From Escherichia coli O157:H7 (GTDB taxonomy: Bacteria > Pseudomonadota > Gammaproteobacteria > Enterobacterales > Enterobacteriaceae): a stretch of 64,000 bases of DNA. Position 1 is the stretch's first letter, and each line of letters starts with the position of its first letter. Made by a program: the position numbers and the translations under genes. The notes under the pieces are model-generated. The model saw only the letters and a list, made by a program, of their open reading frames with translations. It did not search any database and was not told where the DNA came from. Shown piece after piece: positions 13,893 through 23,200 of the stretch. Where the stretch lies: assembly GCF_013167455.1 (NCBI RefSeq), contig NZ_CP038328.1; one strand, written 5' to 3'.

Positions 13893-15743
13893 ATGGCCTT
13901 ATTACAAATTAGTGAACCTGGTTTGAGTGCTGCGCCGCATCAGCGTCGTCTGGCGGCCGGTATTGACCTGGGCACAACCAACTCGCTGGTGGCGACAGTG
14001 CGCAGCGGTCAGGCCGAAACGTTAGCCGACCATGAAGGCCGTCACCTGCTGCCATCTGTTGTTCACTATCAACAGCAAGGGCATTCGGTGGGTTATGACG
14101 CGCGTACTAATGCAGCGCTCGATACCGCCAACACAATTAGTTCTGTTAAACGCCTGATGGGACGCTCGCTGGCTGATATCCAGCAACGCTATCCGCATCT
14201 GCCTTATCAATTCCAGGCCAGCGAAAACGGCCTGCCGATGATTGAAACGGCGGCGGGGCTGCTGAACCCGGTGCGCGTTTCTGCGGACATCCTCAAAGCA
14301 CTGGCGGCGCGGGCAACTGAAGCCCTGGCAGGCGAGCTGGATGGTGTAGTTATCACCGTTCCGGCGTACTTTGACGATGCCCAGCGTCAGGGCACCAAAG
14401 ACGCGGCGCGTCTGGCGGGCCTTCACGTCCTGCGCTTACTTAACGAACCGACCGCTGCGGCTATCGCCTACGGGCTGGATTCCGGTCAGGAAGGCGTGAT
14501 CGCCGTTTATGACCTCGGTGGCGGGACGTTTGATATTTCCATTCTGCGCTTAAGTCGCGGCGTGTTTGAAGTGCTGGCAACCGGCGGTGATTCCGCGCTC
14601 GGCGGCGATGATTTCGACCATCTGCTGGCGGATTACATTCGCGAGCAGGCGGGCATTCCTGATCGTAGCGATAACCGCGTTCAGCGTGAACTGCTGGATG
14701 CCGCCATTGCAGCCAAAATCGCGCTGAGCGATGCGGACTCCGTGACCGTTAACGTTGCGGGCTGGCAGGGCGAAATCAGCCGTGAACAATTCAATGAACT
14801 GATCGCGCCACTGGTAAAACGAACCTTATTGGCTTGTCGTCGCGCGCTGAAAGACGCGGGTGTAGAAGCTGATGAAGTGCTGGAAGTGGTGATGGTGGGC
14901 GGTTCTACTCGCGTGCCGCTGGTGCGTGAACGGGTAGGCGAATTTTTCGGTCGTCCACCGCTGACTTCCATCGACCCGGATAAAGTCGTCGCTATTGGCG
15001 CGGCGATTCAGGCGGATATTCTGGTGGGTAACAAGCCAGACAGCGAAATGCTGTTGCTTGATGTGATCCCACTGTCGCTGGGCCTCGAAACGATGGGCGG
15101 CCTGGTGGAGAAAGTGATTCCGCGTAATACCACTATTCCAGTGGCCCGCGCTCAGGATTTCACCACCTTTAAAGATGGTCAGACGGCGATGTCTATCCAT
15201 GTAATGCAGGGTGAGCGCGAACTGGTGCAGGACTGCCGCTCACTGGCGCGTTTTGCGCTGCGTGGTATTCCGGCGCTACCGGCTGGCGGTGCGCATATTC
15301 GCGTGACGTTCCAGGTCGATGCCGACGGTCTTTTGAGCGTGACGGCGATGGAGAAATCCACCGGCGTTGAGGCGTCTATTCAGGTCAAACCGTCTTACGG
15401 TCTGACCGATAGCGAAATCGCTTCGATGATCAAAGACTCAATGAGCTATGCCGAGCAGGACGTAAAAGCCCGAATGCTGGCAGAACAAAAAGTAGAAGCG
15501 GCGCGTGTGCTGGAAAGTCTGCACGGCGCGCTGGCTGCTGATGCCGCGCTGTTAAGCGCCGCAGAACGTCAGGTCATTGACGATGCTGCCGCTCACCTGA
15601 GTGAAGTGGCGCAGGGCGATGACGTTGACGCCATCGAACAAGCGATTAAAAACGTAGACAAACAAACCCAGGATTTCGCCGCTCGCCGCATGGACCAGTC
15701 GGTTCGTCGTGCGCTGAAAGGCCATTCCGTGGACGAGGTTTAA
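13893..15743 (+). CDS. hscA: Hsp70-family chaperone for Fe-S cluster assembly
   Basis: ORF track frame 13839..15743; start chosen at [10 protein letters not shown] (616 aa); Hsp70 motifs [15 protein letters not shown]. Confidence 0.94.
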
Positions 15744-15744
15744 T

Positions 15745-16080
15745 ATGCCAAAGATTGTTATTTTGCCTCATCAGGATCTCTGCCCTGATGGCGCTGTTCT
15801 GGAAGCTAATAGCGGTGAAACCATTCTCGACGCAGCTCTGCGTAACGGTATCGAGATTGAACACGCCTGTGAAAAATCCTGTGCTTGCACCACCTGCCAC
15901 TGCATCGTTCGTGAAGGTTTTGACTCGCTTCCAGAAAGCTCAGAGCAGGAAGACGACATGCTGGACAAAGCCTGGGGACTGGAGCCGGAAAGCCGTTTAA
16001 GCTGCCAGGCGCGCGTCACCGACGAAGATTTAGTGGTCGAAATCCCGCGTTACACGATCAACCATGCGCGTGAGCATTAA
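15745..16080 (+). CDS. fdx: [2Fe-2S] ferredoxin
   Basis: 111 aa ORF with adrenodoxin-type Cys ligands (CxxxxxCxxC...C). Confidence 0.93.
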
Positions 16081-16091
16081 CAGAGGTTAGT

Positions 16092-16292
16092 ATGGGACTT
16101 AAGTGGACCGATAGCCGCGAAATTGGCGAAGCACTGTACGATGCGTATCCCGATCTTGATCCGAAAACGGTTCGATTCACCGATATGCATCAGTGGATTT
16201 GCGATCTGGAAGATTTCGACGACGACCCGCAGGCATCCAACGAGAAAATCCTCGAAGCGATTTTGTTAGTCTGGCTGGACGAGGCCGAATAA
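16092..16292 (+). CDS. iscX: Fe-S assembly protein IscX
   Basis: 66 aa acidic [27 protein letters not shown]. Confidence 0.92.
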
Positions 16293-16299
16293 TTTCCGC

Positions 16300-16445
16300 G
16301 TCATGCTTCACGCCGCAGATGCGTTGGCTGCGCTCGTTCACCCCAGTCACATAGTTATCTATGCTCCTGGGGCTTCACTCACTTGCCGCCTTCCTGCAAC
16401 GCGAATCATTTAGCGGAAAAATCCTGGGGCTGCCAACTGGCGGCC
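16300..16445. repeat. ERIC (enterobacterial repetitive intergenic consensus / IRU) element
   Basis: Reverse complement of 16331..16380 is gagtgaagccccaggagcatagataactatgtgactggggtgaacgagcg, matching the ERIC core ...CCCCAGGAGC...GTGACTGGGGTGAGCG; sits between iscX and pepB. Confidence 0.7.
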
Positions 16446-16469
16446 CTTTTACAAAGAAGGATAACTAAA

Positions 16470-17753
16470 ATGACAGAAGCGATGAAGATTACCCTCTCTA
16501 CCCAACCTGCCGACGCGCGCTGGGGAGAAAAAGCAACTTACAGCATTAATAATGACGGCATTACCCTGCATTTGAACGGGGCAGACGATCTGGGGCTGAT
16601 CCAGCGTGCGGCGCGCAAGATTGACGGTCTGGGCATCAAGCATGTTCAGTTAAGCGGTGAAGGCTGGGATGCGGATCGATGCTGGGCATTCTGGCAAGGT
16701 TACAAAGCCCCGAAAGGCACGCGTAAAGTGGAGTGGCCGGATCTGGACGATGCCCAGCGCCAGGAACTGGATAACCGCCTGATGATCATCGACTGGGTGC
16801 GTGACACCATCAACGCACCGGCAGAAGAATTGGGACCATCGCAACTGGCACAGCGTGCTGTTGATCTGATCAGCAACGTCGCGAGCGATCGTGTGACTTA
16901 TCGGATCACCAAAGGCGAAGATCTGCGTGAGCAAGGTTATATGGGGCTGCACACCGTCGGACGCGGTTCAGAACGTTCTCCGGTATTGCTGGCGCTGGAT
17001 TACAACCCAACTGGCGATAAAGAAGCGCCAGTGTACGCGTGCCTGGTAGGTAAAGGTATCACTTTTGACTCCGGCGGCTACAGCATCAAACAGACTGCGT
17101 TTATGGACTCGATGAAGTCGGACATGGGCGGCGCGGCAACGGTTACCGGGGCGCTGGCATTTGCCATTACGCGCGGACTGAACAAGCGCGTGAAGCTGTT
17201 CCTCTGCTGTGCGGATAACCTGATTAGCGGCAATGCGTTCAAGCTGGGCGATATCATCACTTATCGCAACGGTAAAAAAGTTGAAGTGATGAACACTGAT
17301 GCCGAAGGGCGCCTGGTGCTTGCCGATGGTCTGATTGATGCCAGTGCGCAGAAACCGGAAATGATCATTGATGCGGCGACCCTCACCGGGGCGGCGAAAA
17401 CTGCGCTGGGTAATGATTATCACGCGCTGTTCAGTTTTGACGATGCGCTTGCCGGTCGTTTGCTGGCGAGTGCCTCACAAGAGAACGAACCATTCTGGCG
17501 TCTGCCGCTGGCGGAATTCCACCGCAGCCAGCTGCCGTCTAACTTTGCCGAACTGAACAATACCGGAAGCGCGGCGTATCCGGCAGGCGCGAGCACGGCA
17601 GCGGGCTTCCTGTCGCACTTTGTTGAGAACTATCAGCAAGGCTGGCTGCATATCGACTGCTCGGCGACTTACCGTAAAGCGCCGGTTGAACAGTGGTCTG
17701 CGGGTGCTACGGGACTTGGTGTGCGCACGATTGCTAATCTGTTAACGGCGTAA
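16470..17753 (+). CDS. pepB: Aminopeptidase B (M17 family)
   Basis: ORF track frame 16383..17753; start chosen at [10 protein letters not shown] (427 aa); M17 motif NTDAEGRL. Confidence 0.93.
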   Translation: MTEAMKITLSTQPADARWGEKATYSINNDGITLHLNGADDLGLIQRAARKIDGLGIKHVQLSGEGWDADRCWAFWQGYKAPKGTRKVEWPDLDDAQRQELDNRLMIIDWVRDTINAPAEELGPSQLAQRAVDLISNVASDRVTYRITKGEDLREQGYMGLHTVGRGSERSPVLLALDYNPTGDKEAPVYACLVGKGITFDSGGYSIKQTAFMDSMKSDMGGAATVTGALAFAITRGLNKRVKLFLCCADNLISGNAFKLGDIITYRNGKKVEVMNTDAEGRLVLADGLIDASAQKPEMIIDAATLTGAAKTALGNDYHALFSFDDALAGRLLASASQENEPFWRLPLAEFHRSQLPSNFAELNNTGSAAYPAGASTAAGFLSHFVENYQQGWLHIDCSATYRKAPVEQWSAGATGLGVRTIANLLTA

Positions 17754-17760
17754 ACTAATA

Positions 17761-17860
<100 letters not shown>

Positions 17861-17895
17861 CTTGTGCCCCGAACGTTGAATGAATTGTGGTTCTT

Positions 17896-18672
17896 ATGTC
17901 CGAAACAAAAAATGAACTTGAAGACCTGCTGGAAAAAGCAGCAACCGAACCGGCGCACCGCCCGGCCTTTTTCCGTACTCTACTGGAATCCACCGTCTGG
18001 GTGCCTGGTACGGCGGCGCAGGGCGAGGCTGTGGTTGAAGATAGCGCGCTTGATTTACAGCACTGGGAAAAAGAAGACGGCACCAGCGTCATTCCTTTTT
18101 TTACCTCGTTAGAAGCACTTCAACAGGCGGTTGAAGACGAACAGGCATTTGTCGTAATGCCCGTTCGCACATTGTTTGAGATGACCCTTGGCGAAACGCT
18201 CTTCCTTAATGCCAAACTGCCGACCGGTAAAGAATTTATGCCGCGTGAAATCAGTTTGTTGATTGGTGAAGAGGGAAATCCGCTGAGCAGCCAGGAAATC
18301 CTGGAAGGCGGTGAATCGCTGATATTATCGGAAGTCGCAGAGCCGCCAGCACAAATGATTGATTCACTCACCACCTTATTTAAAACCATTAAGCCTGTGA
18401 AGCGTGCTTTTATTTGTTCAATTAAAGAGAACGAAGAGGCACAGCCTAATTTACTTATTGGCATTGAAGCCGATGGTGATATCGAAGAAATTATTCAGGT
18501 GGCGGGAAGTGTAGCGACCGATACATTACCTGGCGATGAACCAATCGATATTTGTCAGGTGAAAAAAGGGGAAAAAGGAATTAGCCACTTTATTACCGAA
18601 CATATTGCGCCATTCTATGAACGTCGCTGGGGTGGTTTTTTGCGTGACTTTAAACAGAATCGGATAATCTAA
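17896..18672 (+). CDS. sseB: Protein SseB (enhances serine sensitivity)
   Basis: ORF track frame 17887..18672; start chosen at MSETKNELEDL (258 aa). Confidence 0.88.
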   Translation: MSETKNELEDLLEKAATEPAHRPAFFRTLLESTVWVPGTAAQGEAVVEDSALDLQHWEKEDGTSVIPFFTSLEALQQAVEDEQAFVVMPVRTLFEMTLGETLFLNAKLPTGKEFMPREISLLIGEEGNPLSSQEILEGGESLILSEVAEPPAQMIDSLTTLFKTIKPVKRAFICSIKENEEAQPNLLIGIEADGDIEEIIQVAGSVATDTLPGDEPIDICQVKKGEKGISHFITEHIAPFYERRWGGFLRDFKQNRII

Positions 18673-19000
18673 AATATGCCGCCCCAAAGGGCGGCATTCG
18701 GGCTTACCTGCTGCTCTGAAGGTTGTTAATCACCAGTAAATTGTCGCCGGAGAGACTCCGGTTATTATTTACCTCGGTTAACAGCGCACCAGAAACAATA
18801 AGTACGATACAGAAGCACCGTATCTTCATTGTGCGGTCCATGCGAAGACCGCATCACGACAGCACCACTGGCGATATTGCCGCGATAGCAAGCACTGTGG
18901 GGTGCCTGTATTTACGGTCATGGAACATTCTTTCCTAAAGCCAGCGCCCGTTTGCGAGACGGCGAAAAGGGCCATTAAGAATAATACTCTCATGTTTGAA
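18670..19000 (-). ncRNA. ryfA: Candidate RyfA-type small RNA locus; boundaries and strand approximate
   Basis: 499 bp tail-to-tail sseB-sseA intergenic region; hairpin at 18677..18695 followed by T-run on minus strand; RyfA is recalled to map between sseA and sseB in E. coli. Confidence 0.3.
18705..18830 (-). CDS. Candidate small hydrophobic protein (41 aa), type I toxin-like (TimP-like?)
   Basis: Hand translation of the minus strand gives MKIRCFCIVLIVSGALLTEVNNNRSLSGDNLLVINNLQSSR; hydrophobic N-terminal 20 aa; no Shine-Dalgarno, and a 7 bp stem (tgcggtc/gaccgca) ends 3 nt before the ATG; below the ORF-track size cutoff. Confidence 0.35.
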
Positions 19001-19125
19001 TAATTACTCTGTTTATTATCTTGGCACAGCCAGGCATAAAAGAGAGTATTTCAACACTGTGGGGTGCCTGCGTTGCTCCGGCAACACAAGTCAACCTGCT
19101 GGAAAGGCCGCGAACCAGACCAGCA

Positions 19126-19158
19126 ATAAAAAACCGCCAAATTCGGCGGTTTTTTATT
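19126..19158. terminator. Bidirectional rho-independent terminator downstream of sseA
   Basis: aaaaaaccgccaaattcggcggtttttt: GC stem flanked by A-run and T-run. Confidence 0.7.
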
Positions 19159-19171
19159 GCCTGTAAAAAGC

Positions 19172-20017
19172 TTATTTCAATGGCTCAACCGGTAAATCTG
19201 CCCGCGCGCCCCATTCACTCCATGCGCCGTCGTACAGTTTCACGTTTGGCACATCCAGCGTCGCGAGTGCCAACAAAACCACGGCTGCTGTTACACCAGA
19301 GCCGCAGCTGACGATAATTGGTTTGTCATAGCTGACGCCGCGACCAAAAAATATCGCATCCAGTTCATCGGTCGTTTTTAGTTCGCCTTCGCGCACCAGT
19401 TCCGTCCACGGAACGTTCAATGCACCGGGAATATGTCCGCGACGTAAACCTGGGCGAGGTTCATCAACTTCTGCGTTAAAACGTGCAGCCGGGCGGGCAT
19501 CAATAATTTGCGCCGTATTTTCATGGCTTGCCAATAACACATCGGTTACTTTCACCACTGCTTCAGGATTAAACGCGGCGTTAAACTCTCCTTCCGGCAG
19601 CTCTACTGCACCTTCTTCTAACAACAGATCATCGCGCTGCCAGCCTGCAAGTCCACCCCCCAGAATCGACACTTTCTCTACACCAAAGGTGCGCAGCATC
19701 CACCATGCTCGTGGGGCTGAGAAAAGATTACCTTCGTCATAGACAATCAGGTGCTTATCCTGGTTAACGCCTAATTCACGCATCGCCACGGCGAACGTTT
19801 CCGGGCGCGGCAGCATGTGCGGAAGCGGGGAAGTGTGATCAGAAAGCGCTTCGATATCAAAAAACACTGCGCCGGGAATATGTCCATTCAGATACTCCTG
19901 AGCAACGTTACGATCTTCCTGTCCAGGCGACGCCATGCGGGCATCGATAATCTGAATTTCCGGGTCATCAATATGTTCGGCGAGCCAGTCGGCTCCTACA
20001 AACCATGTCGTGGACAT
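19172..20017 (-). CDS. sseA: 3-mercaptopyruvate sulfurtransferase (tandem rhodanese domains)
   Basis: ORF track frame 19172..20176; start chosen at MSTTWFVGADWL (281 aa); catalytic Cys loop VSCGSGVTA. Confidence 0.9.
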   Translation of the reverse strand: MSTTWFVGADWLAEHIDDPEIQIIDARMASPGQEDRNVAQEYLNGHIPGAVFFDIEALSDHTSPLPHMLPRPETFAVAMRELGVNQDKHLIVYDEGNLFSAPRAWWMLRTFGVEKVSILGGGLAGWQRDDLLLEEGAVELPEGEFNAAFNPEAVVKVTDVLLASHENTAQIIDARPAARFNAEVDEPRPGLRRGHIPGALNVPWTELVREGELKTTDELDAIFFGRGVSYDKPIIVSCGSGVTAAVVLLALATLDVPNVKLYDGAWSEWGARADLPVEPLK

Positions 20018-20223
20018 AGGCATCTCCATTTTTGCCGGGGTTAGGCTAAATTGTCGGATGTTTAGTGAAAAGCGACAAGCAAAAGAGGCTGATTTGGCTG
20101 TCTGAGCCACAATTCTCACTAAAATTCGGATTGTATGGGCGTGATACTGAATTACATAACGTAAATTCTCACGCATAATAATTATTCGACGTTGCTAACG
20201 GGCCATTGTGGCAGGGATGAAAA

Positions 20224-23200
20224 ATGAAAAAGTTACGCGTAGCCGCCTGCATGCTAATGCTGGCGCTGGCAGGGTGCGACAACAACGATAACGCGCCAAC
20301 AGCGGTGAAAAAAGATGCGCCTTCTGAAGTTACTAAAGCGGCCTCTTCAGAAAACGCGAGTTCAGCAAAACTCTCCGCGCCAGAGCGACAAAAACTGGCC
20401 CAACAGAGTGCCGGTAAGGCGCTGACATTGCTGGATCTCTCTGAAGTCCAACTTGATGGTGCAGCCACGCTGGTGCTGACGTTCTCCATCCCTCTCGACC
20501 CGGATCAGGATTTCTCACGCGTTATTCATGTCGTCGATAAAAAAAGCGGCAAAGTGGATGGTGCCTGGGAGCTATCAGATAATCTTAAAGAGCTGCGTTT
20601 ACGCCACCTCGAACCGAAACGTGATTTGATCGTTACAATTGGCAAGGAGGTCAAAGCACTCAACAACGCAACCTTCAGTAAAGATTACGAAAAAACTATA
20701 ACTACCCGCGACATCCAACCCAGTGTCGGTTTTGCCAGCCGTGGTTCGCTGCTGCCTGGTAAAGTCGTTGAAGGGCTGCCGGTAATGGCGCTCAACGTTA
20801 ATAATGTCGATGTTAACTTCTTCCGCGTTAAGCCAGAATCTCTGCCAGCATTCATTAGCCAATGGGAATACCGCAATTCGCTGGCGAACTGGCAGTCAGA
20901 CAAACTGCTGCAGATGGCGGATCTGGTCTACACCGGACGGTTTGATCTCAATCCTGCGCGTAACACCCGTGAAAAATTATTGCTGCCGCTGGGCGATATC
21001 AAACCGCTTCAGCAGGCGGGCGTGTATCTGGCTGTGATGAATCAGGCTGGACGTTACGATTACAGTAATCCCGCGACGCTGTTTACGTTAAGTGATATCG
21101 GCGTTTCAGCTCACCGTTATCACAATCGTCTGGATATCTTTACCCAAAGTCTGGAAAACGGCGCGGCCCAGCAAGGAATTGAAGTCTCTTTATTAAATGA
21201 GAAAGGGCAGACTCTGACTCAGGCAACCAGTGACGCTCAGGGGCATGTGCAGCTGGAAAATGATAAAAACGCCGCATTATTGCTGGCACGTAAAGACGGT
21301 CAGACAACGCTACTCGATTTAAAACTTCCGGCGCTGGACTTAGCAGAATTTAACATTGCTGGCGCGCCAGGCTATAGCAAACAGTTTTTCATGTTTGGCC
21401 CGCGCGATCTTTATCGCCCGGGTGAAACGGTAATCCTCAATGGTTTGCTGCGTGATGCAGACGGTAAAGCGTTGCCCAATCAACCCATCAAGTTAGACGT
21501 GATTAAACCCGATGGGCAGGTACTCAGGAGCGTCGTTAGTCAGCCGGAAAATGGCCTCTACCACTTTACCTGGCCACTCGATAGCAATGCGGCAACCGGT
21601 ATGTGGCATATTCGCGCTAACACGGGCGATAACCAGTATCGGATGTGGGATTTCCACGTCGAAGATTTTATGCCAGAGCGTATGGCGCTGAATCTGACCG
21701 GTGAGAAAACCCCGCTTACGCCGAATGATGAAGTGAAATTCTCCGTGGTGGGATACTACCTGTACGGTGCGCCTGCTAATGGTAATACTTTGCAAGGGCA
21801 ACTTTTCCTGCGCCCACTGCGTGAGGCTGTGTCAGCCTTACCTGGTTTTGAATTCGGCGATATAGCTGCCGAAAACCTTTCCCGCACGCTGGATGAAGTT
21901 CAGTTGACGCTGGATGATAAAGGGCGCGGCGAAGTTTCTACAGAAAGCCAGTGGAAGGAAACGCATTCCCCATTGCAGGTTATTTTCCAGGGCAGTTTGC
22001 TGGAATCGGGCGGTCGCCCGGTGACGCGCCGCGCTGAGCAGGCTATCTGGCCTGCCGATGCATTGCCGGGGATCCGTCCGCAGTTCGCCTCGAAATCGGT
22101 TTACGATTATCGCACTGACAGCACGGTGAAACAGCCCATTGTTGATGAAGGCAGTAACGCCGCTTTTGACATCGTTTATAGCGATGCGCAAGGCGTGAAA
22201 AAAGCCGTGTCGGGCTTGCAGGTGCGCCTGATTCGCGAACGCCGCGATTACTACTGGAACTGGTCAGAAGATGAAGGCTGGCAATCACAGTTTGATCAAA
22301 AAGATCTGATTGAAAATGAACAAACTCTGGATCTGAAAGCGGACGAAACCGGCAAGGTCAGTTTCCCGGTAGAGTGGGGCGCTTATCGTCTGGAAGTCAA
22401 AGCGCCGAATGAAGCGGTCAGTAGTGTTCGTTTTTGGGCTGGCTATAGCTGGCAGGATAATAGCGACGGTAGCGGCGCAGTGCGACCCGACCGTGTCACG
22501 CTGAAACTGGATAAAGCCGGTTATCGCCCTGGCGATACCATTAAGTTGCATATCGCCGCGCCAACGGCGGGTAAAGGTTATGCGATGGTCGAGTCCAGTG
22601 AAGGGCCGCTGTGGTGGCAAGAGATTGATGTTCCGGCTCAAGGGCTGGATCTGACGATTCCGGTCGATAAAACCTGGAATCGTCATGATCTTTATTTGAG
22701 TACGCTGGTGGTGCGTCCTGGCGATAAATCTCGCTCCGCGACGCCAAAACGCGCGGTTGGTGTGTTGCATCTGCCGCTTGGTGATGAAAACCGTCGCCTC
22801 GATCTGGCGCTGGAAACACCAGCAAAAATGCGTCCCAATCAACCATTAACCGTGAAAATTAAAGCCAGCACTAAAAATGGCGAGAAGCCTAAACAGGTGA
22901 ATGTGCTGGTGTCTGCCGTTGATAGTGGTGTGCTGAATATTACTGACTACGTCACGCCAGATCCGTGGCAGGCGTTCTTTGGTCAGAAACGCTATGGCGC
23001 AGACATTTACGATATTTACGGTCAGGTTATTGAAGGTCAGGGGCGTCTGGCAGCTCTGCGTTTCGGTGGCGATGGTGATGAGCTGAAACGTGGTGGTAAA
23101 CCGCCGGTCAATCACGTCAATATTGTCGCGCAGCAGGCGCTGCCGGTAACGCTCAACGAACAGGGCGAAGGCTCGGTTACACTGCCGATTGGCGATTTTA

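Noticed and set aside
18723-19311. Plus-strand ORFs of 71 aa and 96 aa in the sseB-sseA intergenic region
   Set aside because: No ribosome-binding sites and atypical composition; the region is better explained as an sRNA locus with a minus-strand small ORF.
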